A DNA stretch of 47,130 nucleotides, taken from Tubiluchus corallicola (Eukaryota > Animalia > Priapulida). A program made the position numbers and the translations under genes. The notes under the pieces are model-generated. The model ran no database searches. It was not told the DNA's origin and saw only the letters and a list, made by a program, of their open reading frames with translations. Shown one piece after another: positions 24,600-36,083 of this stretch; position 1 is the first letter of the stretch, and every line of letters starts with the position of its first letter. The stretch covers positions 1 through 47,130 of the forward strand of contig JAQGDQ010001327.1 in the NCBI GenBank assembly GCA_030141605.1, written 5' to 3'.

Positions 24600-25420
24600 T
24601 CTTCTCCGCGGTTGTGATACATTTCAGGGTGGTTTTTGCAATACTGATCCAGTCGAGACTTAAAGTGTGAAACATCAGTGGTACACCTTACCTTAGTATT
24701 TAATGAATTCCAATCATTGACAGTTCTGAACATGAACTTATTCCTGTTTCTGCATCTGTTAATAACTTTATATCCATCACCTCGTAGATTATTAGCAAAA
24801 TAACGAACAGGCTGTAGTTTAGTCAGATTGTTCTTGATACAAAACCTCAGGATCAAGTCCTCTCTTCCTTCGAAATCTCAATGAGGGAAGTTTCAAATCC
24901 TCGTCCGTTTTGAATACGTCAGAAGTAAAATTAATTTGGTTGTATAGTGGGTAGTGAGTTGTATTGGTTGTGTGTAGCTGTTTATTGATGCTTGAGGAAT
25001 GGTAAAGCTATGAAGAGTTTGATTATAAAATGACACGTTTATTAAACATCAGGCACAATAAACATAATAGATAGCAATGCCAACAGCCCCTGATCTAATG
25101 GTCTGTACGCTCCGGCTGCTAGACTCAATCTGAGACTAATTTCTTGAGCTGGAGGCCCCGCACGCCTTATATATCGTGCGCGGTGCCCGACGCCTCAATT
25201 CCTGGATCACGTAATCACGTGACACCACTCCTTAACTGGCTTCATCATACCAGCATCTATCAACATAATTATTTACGATAATCTACTGCTCTTAGCATAA
25301 TTTAACAGGTTCTGAATACATCAGATGACTCATGGCAGGAACTAATTTTGTAGCTCTACGTTGAACAGATTCCACTTTTCTTACAGCATTCTGTCTAGAT
25401 GGATGCATTCCAGTTTTGCA
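24600..25420 (-). mobile_element. Degenerate 3' fragment of a CR1/L2-group LINE ORF2, interrupted by an insertion at ~24924-25308
   Basis: Minus-strand peptides KVESVQRRATKLVPAMSHLMYSE, LKLPSLRFRRKRG and FMFRTVNDWNSL...FKSRLD are typical of the post-RT C-terminus of CR1-like elements. Confidence 0.78.
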
Positions 25421-25681
25421 ATAAGATTGTGTAAAAAGAGCTACAAAAAGTCTCCTCTTCACATTAGCATGGTCAAGCGAACACTTACTGCACTTTAAAA
25501 TTCCCTTTTATTCTCCAATAAGCTCTCGTGGGTTGCCATAGCAACTTTTGTAAAATTTTCCGAAATCGTAACCGGCATGTAACCACTCAGCTATGAAACC
25601 TGCAGCGAATGTTCAACAGACTTGAGCTTTTTGTTCACTAGATCATTTAACCATCCATTCTCTGTTTTTGCATTTTTTCAG

Positions 25682-25779
25682 TTGTCGTTTTCATTCATGG
25701 AGACAGTTTCATGGGCAACGGTAGCCTGTACAAGTGGAATAACGGTACCCAACTAGCAAGGGATACTCAAATGGTCTGG
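25682..25779 (+). CDS. Carboxylesterase-fold (neurotactin-like) gene, first exon recognised in the window
   Basis: TTTTTTCAG|..VVVFIHGDSFMGNGSLYKWNNGTQLARDTQMVW|GTATGT; splices in phase 0 to VSFNYRLG at 35398. Confidence 0.85.
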
Positions 25780-26028
25780 GTATGTATGCTACACGGTTTT
25801 TAGTATTAGTGATGTACAACTTATTATAGTAAAAATAACTGTAATAATTTGTGTCTCCAGTTTTTACTTTTTGTAAAATTATTTTCTATAAAAATCTGCT
25901 TGGTAGATAATGTGCCATATTGCTAGCGACATATAATATAAACACTTAAAGTTGAGGAAGTTGAAAAAGTGTGTATAATGGCAACTGTGAAAAATCGCCT
26001 CTGGCACAGGATGATAGCGCTCGAATCC

Positions 26029-26562
26029 CTACATCCTAGAGCTACTCGAGCCCCAAGAAGCCACACAGGTGACTACATCCTAGAGCTACTCTAGCCCCAA
26101 GAAGCCACACAGGTGACTACATCCTAGAGCTACTCTAGCCCCAAGAAGCCACACAGGTGGCTACATCCTAGAGCTACTCTAGCCCCAAGAAGCCACACAG
26201 GTGACTACATCCTAGAGCTACTCTAGCCCCAAGAAGCCACACAGGTGACTACATCCTAGAGCTACTCTAGCCCCAAGAAGCCACACAGGTGGCTACATCC
26301 TAGAGCTACTCTAGCCCCAAGAAGCCACACAGGTGACTACATCCTAGAGCTACTCTAGCCCCAAGAAGCCACACAGGTGGCTACATCCTAGAGCTACTCT
26401 AGCCACAAGAAGCCACACAGGTGACTACATCCTAGAGCTACTCGAGCCCCAAGAAGTGACGCAGGTGACTACATCCTGGGGCTACTCGAGCCCCAATAAA
26501 GCGACGCAGGTGACTACATATTAGGGCTACTCGAGCCCCAAGAAGCCACACAGGTGACTACA
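26029..26562. repeat. 44-bp minisatellite, ~12 copies
   Basis: Unit CTACATCCTAGAGCTACTCTAGCCCCAAGAAGCCACACAGGTGA; the edge copies are diverged. Confidence 0.95.
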
Positions 26563-27016
26563 ACCGACACCTGTGAAATCCGTCAAAATAAAATGAAATA
26601 AAATTAGAATATCTAGTTGAGTTGTCTGTACTCTGTGATGTTATGTGACTGCATATACTAGTAAAAATATGAACTTGAAGAAATACTTAATGAAAAAAAA
26701 AACTGGCATCAGGTAATCCTGATTATTCTTGCAGTCAGTGGTGGCCCGTAGCTAAAATTAGTCAAGGTGCTGCTTCAGAAAATTTTTAGCCATTGTTAAA
26801 AATCCTAAACAAAACTGTTAGCGTACGAATACCCTATATTCTTGAATACCACAGTTCAAGAATATGACAGTACACGGCTTTTAAGCACATGACAACTGAC
26901 AACGCGCATGTGTGACAGTACTCTTTTTACCTAAAGTGCAACGTCATATCTCAGACATGTGTGTATGGCCGCATGTACACAACAGCCAAACATTATGTTG
27001 CTTGAGCTGTGAGTGC

Positions 27017-27848
27017 ACTGCGCTGGGGCTGTGAAGTAAACAGTACTACTCTCACATGCTCTGGTTTCGTACAACCACAAAACACACTGTGCTGGGCTGT
27101 GAAGCAAACAGTACTACTCTCACATGCTCTGGTTCCGTACAACTACAAAACGCACTGTGCTGGGGCTGTGAAGCAAACAGTACTACTCTCACATGCTCTA
27201 GTTCCGCTGTGCTGGGGCTGTGAAGCAAACAGTACTACTCTCACATGCTCTGGTTCCGCTGTGCTGGGGCTGTGAAGCAAACAGTACTACTCTCACATGC
27301 TCTGGTTCCGCTGTGCTGGGGCTGTGAAGCAAACAGTACTACTCTCACATGCTCTGGTTCCGTACAACTACAAAACGCACTGTGCTGGGGCTGTGAAGCA
27401 AACAGTACTACTCTCACATGCTCTAGTTCCGCTGTGCTGGGGCTGTGAAGCAAACAGTACTACTCTCACATGCTCTGGTTCCGCTGTGCTGGGGCTGTGA
27501 AGCAAACAGTACTACTCTCACATGCTCTGGTTCCGCTGTGCTGGGGCTGTGAAGCAAACAGTACTACTCTCACATGCTCTGGTTCCGCTGTGCTGGGGCT
27601 GTGAAGCAAACAGTACTACTCTCGAATGCTCTGGTTCCGCTTTGCTGGGGCTGTGAAGCAAACAGTACTACTCTCACATGCTCTGGTTCCGCTTTGCTGG
27701 GGCTGTGAAGCAAACAGTACTACTCTCACATGCTCTGGTTCCGCTTTGCTGGGGCTGTGAAGCAAACAGTACTACTCTCACATGCTCTGGTTCCGCTGTG
27801 CTGGGGCTGTGAAGCAAACAGTACTACTCTCACATGCTCTGGTTCCGC
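27017..27848. repeat. 52-bp minisatellite, ~14-15 copies, three with a ~17-18 nt insert (TACAACTACAAAACGCA-like)
   Basis: Unit CTGTGCTGGGGCTGTGAAGCAAACAGTACTACTCTCACATGCTCTGGTTCCG. Confidence 0.95.
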
Positions 27849-28021
27849 ACAAGTGTAAAGAAAGAACTATAGAAGAAAGATTTATTATATTAAATATTAT
27901 TGATAACATTGAGTGATAATAGGGGTTGCTGCAGTTCCACAGTCCTAATCTTGGCAGTAATTTTCAGTTCATCATTACCTGTCTGATAAAAAAGAACGTA
28001 AAACAGGAATATGTTAATCGC

Positions 28022-29027
28022 TNNNNCGCTCAGGCTTATTTTAGGCCAGGTTATGTAACTAGTTCCTACTGTTATAATTCCACCATTAATTATTGTCAAT
28101 TTTTTATAAAAGAAGTTTAGTTAAACTGTTTAATGATATAAGGCTAGAAGCCAACTTGTTCTGAAATCAGATTTCACCTGTACATTCAATGATACTGTTT
28201 ATGCATTACTACTATATCATGTGACTGAAGCCACGTAGACGAAATTTTGGCTGTTGAGTTGGCCCTGGTATTCCGCTTTAAGTTGTCGTGTTAAGCGGAC
28301 GTTCTCATGTCATGAAATGATGGTTTAGTAGTAACGGTGCTCGCTTGTAGAAAAGCTATCTGTCTACCTGGTTACGACAGAGACGATAGTCGCATTTTTG
28401 CGATGATGCTTACCTGTTGCTGATTATATTTTCCTGACGCTGATGATACATCACTTACCAGTTGTCGATGATATCTGCTGCTGATGATACTTACCCGATT
28501 TACCTGACGTTGATGATACTGTCGTTGGTGCTTCCATGCTGATTACAAAATTGGTAATCCTTACCTTGCGACGAGTGCAGGAGCTTGGATGCTACCCCAT
28601 TTTGGCGTCATATAAGTGGAGGCGTGTACATCAGGAGGCGTCAAAGTTTGGAGACGTCGTCGTCCACGTAATCAGCTCCATCAAGAGGTAGTGTAGTCAA
28701 CCGTTCTATGGTGCACCATTCCTTGATCAAGCCCCTGGTGAGGAGATGCTGCGGAATGGGAGCAGGAGAATAGTCGCTTGATGATGCCAAGACTGGACTG
28801 GTGAAAAACATTACGTTGTTCTTTTCCTTCTTAGCCGGCTTAATCTTTATTATTAACATTTGTCTTGTAATGTATTTTGGGATATTAATTAAATTGTTGT
28901 ATTACTTTATTAATTCAAAGGTTTCTTCTCAGTGTTTTCGACTAAGTGTTTTATTCTTTACCTAAGGGTTACACTTAAGTCACAAACCACATATTTACAA
29001 TAACGGAACTTAGACTACATCGTCACA
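28022..29027 (+). repeat. 5' LTR
   Basis: Near-identical to 34295-35299. The NNNN at 28023-28026 corresponds to GTGA in the 3' LTR. Confidence 0.95.
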
Positions 29028-29030
29028 TTA

Positions 29031-29048
29031 TGGTGTCAGAAGTGGGAT
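29031..29048 (+). promoter_or_regulatory. Primer-binding site, complementary to a tRNA-Leu 3' end
   Basis: TGGTGTCAGAAGTGGGAT lies 3 nt after the LTR. Its reverse complement ATCCCACTTCTGACACCA matches the tRNA-Leu(CAA) 3' end as I recall it. Confidence 0.82.
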
Positions 29049-29587
29049 ATTTGACTTTATTTGGTGTAACTCGGTAGGAATAAAATTCTTTGTCAGCATT
29101 TTGAGAATTTAATGATATTTACTTTCAGGTAATTAGTTACATAGCTAATTTTCTGGGGGAATCTTTGGGCAAAAGCATTTCGAAAGAACATAGCATCTTC
29201 CGTTGAGTGAATTTATTGATTACTCAGTTGAATGTGTTTTGTCCATTATTTAAATAGGTTTCCTGCAGATTTTGTAAACACTATAATTCCAGGTGTATGC
29301 CGACTTGAATGCCGATTTGTCCTTGATTACACTGTAAACGTTTCAAGTGCTAGTGAAACCGTTATTTCGTTGCAGGCTAGTCAAAAGTCTTGGCCTAGAT
29401 TTTGTATATTCCTAGTTTGCTACTTTGTTTGATTTGCACTTACTTTACCCCTAATATACAGTATTTTTGTATGTCTGTATGCGCTGAGCCAGTGTGGGTC
29501 AGTTGAATGATAGATCTATAAATATTCTGCAAGCGTAAAGTTTTTTCACTGTAACTACTATTTGTCCTATATTATCCTGTGATTAGA

Positions 29588-32500
29588 ATGTCACGCGTTT
29601 ACGTGGAGAGTGAATTGCAGCAACTTACTGTACCTGTCTTAAAGCAGATAACTGTTGAACGTAGGCTAACTTTACCACTGGGTGCAAATAAGGCCGGAAT
29701 AATTGATATAATCATGAATGCACAAGGTAACCCTGTGATGACAGGTGAACCTAGTGTTAGACCGAAAGAAGTTGGAGGTGTGTCAAGCACACCGAGTGTG
29801 TCGTTTGCGCAGATGAGTGGGCGCAGACGTGTGTCTGATCAACTGTTAGCAACTCCCCCTCCTGCCGACCTTACCTTGCATTCTGCTATTAATAGTAAAC
29901 CTGCGAATGATGAGATGACAGAACATTCAGTATCCCTTTACAACATTGAAAAGTTAAAGTTAGTAGAGCGCGAGAAAGAGCGTGAATGGGAACGGGAACA
30001 GAAACGTGAAGAAAGGCGTGAACGTATGCAACGTGAAGAGAGAGAATGGGAACGTGAGCGTGAGGAGCGCAGAGAACGAATGCAGAAAGAGCAGTATCAG
30101 TTTGAGTTGAAGCTTCGTGAGCTGGATGCCTCATCTCCAAGTCACGTGACACAGGTTCCTCCTCAATCACCTGATGGCATACTTACTACAACCGCATCTC
30201 GAATACCCCGTGTAAAGTTATCACGTGTTTTTACAGAGGGAACCGATGATCTGCATACTTTCTTACAGTGGTTTGAAGCAGTAGTCAAAGCTAATGGCCT
30301 TGAAGAGAAACACTTTGCTGCATCGCTGGGCCCAGCTTTATCCGGAAAAGCAGCCCAGGCTTTTCAACAAGTGCCACTTGACAGCATGCAAGATTACAAT
30401 GTTGTAAAGAAGACTTTGTTAGCTGCCTATGTCCTCTCCAATGACATGTATCTTGAGCGTTTCCGCAAGATTACTCGGAGACCGGATGAAACATTCCGTC
30501 AGCTTTTAGTACGGCTTGATCGTGCCCTGCAAGAATGGCTGAAAGCCGAAGAAGCGTCCACCTTTGAGAACGTTTCTGAACTGCTATGTATTGAGCAGGC
30601 CCTTACATTGATGCCCCGTGAAATGAGCATTTGGGTCAGGCAGCAAGGGCAGAAGACAATGGAAAAGGTGGCAGAGAAAGCTGATTTGTACATTGCTTCC
30701 AATGCATTAGGTACGGCTTCAAAACTTAAACAAATGCAACAACAGCGTGGAAATTCTAGGCCGGCAGTTTTTTCAAATGGTTCTGGAAAAAAGATGAATA
30801 ATGACGTCATGAAGAAGATACGCTGTTATACTTGTGGAGAACTTGGACACAAAAGGATCCAGTGCCCGAAACGCCCTAATTATGGTGAAACTAGTGGCAA
30901 GAGTAGAAATCCTAGTCGTCAATTCTTGGCCAAGACAGGAAATACCAGTCACTCTACCAGTTCACCTGCGGCTATGCCTGAGTGTGTGCCTGAGTCTGAT
31001 GAGTTTAGCTTTAAAGCTAAAATTAATGGTATCTGGATCGATGGTATAAGAGATTCTGGTGCTAGCGTGAGTTTGATCCAACTACGTTATGTCCGTCCAG
31101 AACAGTTTCTACGTAGTGAAAATTGTATCAAAATTTGGTGTGTGCATGGCGATGTTAAAAATACACGTATAGCTGTTATTGAGGTGGAATGTACGCTAGT
31201 TAATGGTAGATTGAGAGTGGCAGTGTCTGATAGTCTTCCTGTGCCCTTTTTGCTAGGTAATGATTACCGAACTGCTGTGACACCATTTAGCATTAAACAG
31301 AGTTTTAGTACACCACCTAAGTCAGTTGATTTAGAATGTATCACACATGAAAATTCAGATACGTCACATTATTTTGATGAACTTGTGAGCGGAAATATCA
31401 ATGTCGCGAAACGAACTGGTAATTCAAAAAAAGCTTTTGCAGTAACCCGATCAAAAGCAAAGCAGCTACAAGCAGAAGCTAAGAGCGAGAAACAATTACT
31501 AAGTAGTTTAAACGCTGATCAAAAAGCGGACAAAAATATTGCATCTGGCATAGCTACTAAAGCACAGCAACAGCAGCTGTTACAGCTTAGTAAAGAACAA
31601 TTGCTGCAAGAACAGCGCGATGATGTTAGTTTGCGCAATTTACGTGATCACGCAGTCACAGAAACAGTAGCTCGAGCCCAAAGAAATGGTTACTTCATTA
31701 AAGATCGGGTTTTATATTACCTGACACATGAAAAGCGCGATGCTGAACCCAGCGAACTTTTGGTTGTACCCAAGTCTAGACGTTTGGCAGTCTTATCTTT
31801 GGCACATGATGCGCACATGGCTGGTCACCTGGGCATCCGTAAAACTACCCAACGTGTTTTACAAGAATGTATCTGGCCTAGAGTTAAACGTTCAGTGATA
31901 CAATATTGTCGCTCGTGTGTCCCATGTCAGAAAACGGCGAGAATTAAACGTTCTGATAAAGCAAAATTAAAGCCATTGTCCATACCTTCGATTGCATTTC
32001 GAACTATAGCCATGGATATTATTGGGCCTATGAAGAGAACACCCTCCGGGAATAAGTACGCGTTAGTAATAATAGATCATGCTACGAGGTACCCCCATTG
32101 CTACCCGCTGCCAAATATTGAAACCACTACTGTTGTTAAAGCTTTATTGCAATACATATGTCGACACGGCATCCCGCGTGAGATTTTAGCCGACAGAGGT
32201 ACTCAATTCACATCACAGTTAATCCATGATTTAGAACAGGCCTTGGGTGTAAAGGGAATTTTCACTTCCCCATATAACCCACAGGGGAATGGGTTAACTG
32301 AGAGATTTAATGGCTCATTAAAATCCTGCATTTTAAAAGTCATGCAAAATGAGAAACATTTACCCTGGGATGAAACTATTCCATTTATTTTATTTGCTTT
32401 CCGGGAAGTACCCCAAGAATCCACTGGGTATGCCCCATTTCAGTTAGTTTATGGTTTTCCCGTGCGTGGGCCTTTGGCTGCCCTAAAAGAATGTTGGGGC

Positions 32501-33280
32501 TCTGTAGAAGCTCCTAAGTGGGAGGAAATTGATGATTACGTGACTCGCATAATTAACACTGTAAAAGAGGCAACTACTGATGCCCATGAAGCTTTGCAAA
32601 AAGCTAAAATATCACAGAAAAAGTGGTATGATAAAACCACTTCAGAACGCTCGCTTGAAATAGGGCAAAAAGTTCTTGTTTTAATGCCTGAAGGAAAAAG
32701 CAAAATGCAAAAGCGCTATCGTGGCCCCTTTACAGTTGTTGATAAATTGTCTGATTGGACATATAAAATACATTTAGGAGGCAAAACTGCACGCAAACGC
32801 CATACAAGAACATATCATATCAACATGTTGAAACCATTTGTTGAACGCGACGAGCACATGGTTTTGTTTGCAAAGTGTGAGGAATTTAGTACAGCGTCAC
32901 TAGACAGTGTATTGTCTGAAGTTGGTAGTGGTGATGTGAAGGTGGATGAGCAGGAGGAAAATGAGTGTTCATTGAAACTTCCTGAATATGCATTCCCGCC
33001 TTCTGCCTCACCCACGCAGTACCTCAATGATGTAGCATATGACTCTCATCTCAATGATGAACAGATTAGTCAGTTGGCAGCAGTACTTGCAGAATTTTCA
33101 GAGATGTTCACCAATCTTCCCGGGTGCACTGAATTAGTTCAACATCGTATTACTCTAACAAATCCTACGCCAGTTGTAGGACATGTCGAAACGATGTTTA
33201 GTCCTATTGCGGTACCCTTGTATGCACTGCTTGAGAAAAATGCACCTGTACACGTTGACTGGAATGAAGAAGCTTTTTAG
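29588..33280 (+). CDS. Gag-protease-integrase polyprotein with truncated RT
   Basis: SCAN-like capsid C-terminal domain (LCIEQALTLMP..WVRQQ..AEKADLY); CCHC knuckle CYTCGELGHKRIQC; protease RDSGASVS; integrase H-H-C-C (AHD..GHLG..CVPC), D (MDIIG), D (ADRGTQF), E (GLTERFN) and GPF. The frame continues with pre-RT LPGCTELVQHRI, then jumps to FSPIAVPLYALL. First ATG is at 29588. Confidence 0.92.
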   Translation: MSRVYVESELQQLTVPVLKQITVERRLTLPLGANKAGIIDIIMNAQGNPVMTGEPSVRPKEVGGVSSTPSVSFAQMSGRRRVSDQLLATPPPADLTLHSAINSKPANDEMTEHSVSLYNIEKLKLVEREKEREWEREQKREERRERMQREEREWEREREERRERMQKEQYQFELKLRELDASSPSHVTQVPPQSPDGILTTTASRIPRVKLSRVFTEGTDDLHTFLQWFEAVVKANGLEEKHFAASLGPALSGKAAQAFQQVPLDSMQDYNVVKKTLLAAYVLSNDMYLERFRKITRRPDETFRQLLVRLDRALQEWLKAEEASTFENVSELLCIEQALTLMPREMSIWVRQQGQKTMEKVAEKADLYIASNALGTASKLKQMQQQRGNSRPAVFSNGSGKKMNNDVMKKIRCYTCGELGHKRIQCPKRPNYGETSGKSRNPSRQFLAKTGNTSHSTSSPAAMPECVPESDEFSFKAKINGIWIDGIRDSGASVSLIQLRYVRPEQFLRSENCIKIWCVHGDVKNTRIAVIEVECTLVNGRLRVAVSDSLPVPFLLGNDYRTAVTPFSIKQSFSTPPKSVDLECITHENSDTSHYFDELVSGNINVAKRTGNSKKAFAVTRSKAKQLQAEAKSEKQLLSSLNADQKADKNIASGIATKAQQQQLLQLSKEQLLQEQRDDVSLRNLRDHAVTETVARAQRNGYFIKDRVLYYLTHEKRDAEPSELLVVPKSRRLAVLSLAHDAHMAGHLGIRKTTQRVLQECIWPRVKRSVIQYCRSCVPCQKTARIKRSDKAKLKPLSIPSIAFRTIAMDIIGPMKRTPSGNKYALVIIDHATRYPHCYPLPNIETTTVVKALLQYICRHGIPREILADRGTQFTSQLIHDLEQALGVKGIFTSPYNPQGNGLTERFNGSLKSCILKVMQNEKHLPWDETIPFILFAFREVPQESTGYAPFQLVYGFPVRGPLAALKECWGSVEAPKWEEIDDYVTRIINTVKEATTDAHEALQKAKISQKKWYDKTTSERSLEIGQKVLVLMPEGKSKMQKRYRGPFTVVDKLSDWTYKIHLGGKTARKRHTRTYHINMLKPFVERDEHMVLFAKCEEFSTASLDSVLSEVGSGDVKVDEQEENECSLKLPEYAFPPSASPTQYLNDVAYDSHLNDEQISQLAAVLAEFSEMFTNLPGCTELVQHRITLTNPTPVVGHVETMFSPIAVPLYALLEKNAPVHVDWNEEAF

Positions 33281-33705
33281 AACTGCGCACTGCACTAAAC
33301 TCAGACACGGTGCTTCACTCACCTGATTTTTCGCAGAAATTCGTTCTAACAACTGATGCTTCATTTAGTGGTATTGGTGGAGTGCTGACACAAGTACAGA
33401 GTGAGTTAGGTGAGGTGCCAATTACACATGTGAGCAGAAAGTTAACTACGTGTGAACGAAATTATAGTGTTGTGGAAATTGAGTTGTTGGCAGTAGTGTA
33501 TTCTGTAACTAAGTTACGTTACTACTTAGAAGGTCATGAGTTCATAGTACGAACTGACCAACGTAGTTTGCTAGCACTCCCACGCATGAAGAGAAATAAT
33601 CGCCGCCTTTGTACATGGGCGCTTATTTTGCAAGAATTCCACTTTACTGTAGAGAATATTGCTGGAAAAGATAATATTGTAGCAGATTCTCTTTCACGCC
33701 TATGA
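33280..33705 (+). CDS. RNase H domain of the retrotransposon (frameshifted from the upstream ORF)
   Basis: PDFSQKFVLTTDAS..GIGGVL, YSVVEIELLAVV, RTDQRSL, NIVADSLSR. One extra T in GCTTTTTAG (~33272-33280) would restore the frame. Confidence 0.9.
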   Translation, partial: ELRTALNSDTVLHSPDFSQKFVLTTDASFSGIGGVLTQVQSELGEVPITHVSRKLTTCERNYSVVEIELLAVVYSVTKLRYYLEGHEFIVRTDQRSLLALPRMKRNNRRLCTWALILQEFHFTVENIAGKDNIVADSLSRL

Positions 33706-34294
33706 GTGGGTAATTCCAACCACTAAAGCCCAAGTTAGGTGATTAAAGATCACCTCTGACCAGTTTGAAACATTTTATTTTACATTATATGAAGCCAATT
33801 CATTAGAAATGAATTACAAATAATAAAATTTTGTTGCGAAATTAGTTTAATATATTCGCAATGCCATCTAGGAGTGGTAATGGAAAACATGATGTGTTGT
33901 ACTGTATTATTTTAATCTTGTTAGGTTGGTTAATAGTAAAAGTGTTTCTCCTTTGATCGAAACAATACAGTGTTTTATGTTTAGTTTATTCGTTTATTTT
34001 GAAACCAAGATTTGAACCTTGCGTTGTAAGCTTAAGAGTAAACAAATACTGTATTACCTGATATGTAATTATTTCATGAGTGAAGGAATTCACAAAGATT
34101 TGTTGATGAAGACTATGATTGAGTATTGTATTTTTTGTCATTGACATTAGTTATTTTGGTCTATTATTGTGATGAATATGTATCATGATTTCTTGTGTAA
34201 CTAGTTTATTGCCCTGACCTATTGTGTTAAAAGTCTTGATATCACATTTTAGTAAAAAATTTGATGGATCAAGCTTTTGTAACGGAGGATGCTA

Positions 34295-35299
34295 TGTGAC
34301 GCTCAGGCTTATTTTAGGCCAGGTTATGTAACTAGTTCCTACTGTTATAATTCCACCATTAATTATTGTCAATTTTTATAAAAGAAGTTTAGTTAAACTG
34401 TTTAATGATATAAGGCTAGAAGCCAACTTGTTCTGAAATCAGATTTCACCTGTACATTCAATGATACTGTTTATGCATTACTACTATATCATGTGACTGA
34501 AGCCACGTAGACGAAATTTTGGCTGTTGAGTTGGCCCTGGTATTCCGCTTTAAGTTGTCGAGTTAAGCGGACGTTCTCATGTCATGAAATGATGGTTTAG
34601 TAGTAACGGTGCTCGCTTGTAGAAAAGCTATCTGTCTACCTGGTTACGACAGAGACGATAGTCGCATTTTTGCGATGATGCTTACCTGTTGCTGATTATA
34701 TTTTCCTGACGCTGATGATACATCACTTACCAGTTGTCGATGATATCTGCTGCTGATGATACTTACCCGATTTACCTGACGTTGATGATACTGTCGTTGG
34801 TGCTTCCATGCTGATTACAAAATTGGTAATCCTTACCTTGCGACGAGTGCAGGAGCTTGGATGCTACCCCATTTTGGCATCGTATTAGTGGAGGCGTGTA
34901 CATCAGGAGTCGTCAAAGTTTGGAGACGTCGTCGTCCACGTAATCAGCTCCATCAAGAGGTAGTGTAGTCAACCGTTCTATGGTGCACCATTCCTTGATC
35001 AAGCCCCTGGTGAGGAGATGCTGCGGAATGGGAGCAGGAGAATAGTCGCTTGATGATGCCAAGACTGGACTGGTGAAAAACGTTACGTTGTTCTTTTCCT
35101 TCTTAGCCGGCTTAATCTTTATTATTAACAGTTGTCTCGTAATGTATTTTGGGATATTAATTAAATTGTTGTATTACTTTATTAATTCAAAGGTTTCTTC
35201 TCAGTGTTTTCGACTAAGTGTTTTATTCTTTACCTAAGGGTTACACTTAAGTCACAAACCACATATTTACAATAACGGAACTTAGACTACATCGTCACA
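34295..35299 (+). repeat. 3' LTR
   Basis: TGTGACG...CGTCACA followed by the TSD ATCGC. Confidence 0.95.
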
Positions 35300-35376
35300 A
35301 TCGCGGTCACAAAATTTTGTAAGAAAGTATTGTATACTGCATGCTTACAATGTTATAACTCGTGAAAAGAAATTAA

Positions 35377-35932
<556 letters not shown>

Positions 35933-36083
35933 CCATGATGTACATCATGTTATCATTTCACTAATACATTAATTACCATAGAAAAAAACAATTTAATTTG
36001 ATTGCATGAGGACTGTGACGAACGAATGCTTACGAATGATTATAGCTTCTGGGTCGATCATGCGAGACCATTTTTGCAAACAG

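Larger units (their letters stand above)
28022..35299 (+). mobile_element. Ty3/Gypsy LTR retrotransposon of Gmr1 type, RT core deleted
   Basis: Two ~1005-bp LTRs (TGTGACG...CGTCACA), 5-bp TSD ATCGC (28017-28021 and 35300-35304), a PBS, and a gag-PR-INT-(RT remnant)-RH coding region. Confidence 0.95.

Noticed and set aside
26029-27848. Regularly spaced repeats resembling a CRISPR array
   Set aside because: There are no unique spacers and no cas genes, and the context is a eukaryotic intron. These are plain minisatellites.
28023-28026. NNNN as a possible scaffold gap or misjoin
   Set aside because: Exactly four bases (GTGA) are expected from the 3' LTR and the TSD matches on both sides, so it is a local ambiguity.
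33706-34294. Possible env or extra ORF between RNase H and the 3' LTR
   Set aside because: The region is AT-rich with no ORF of meaningful length, and the polypurine tract is only weakly recognisable.
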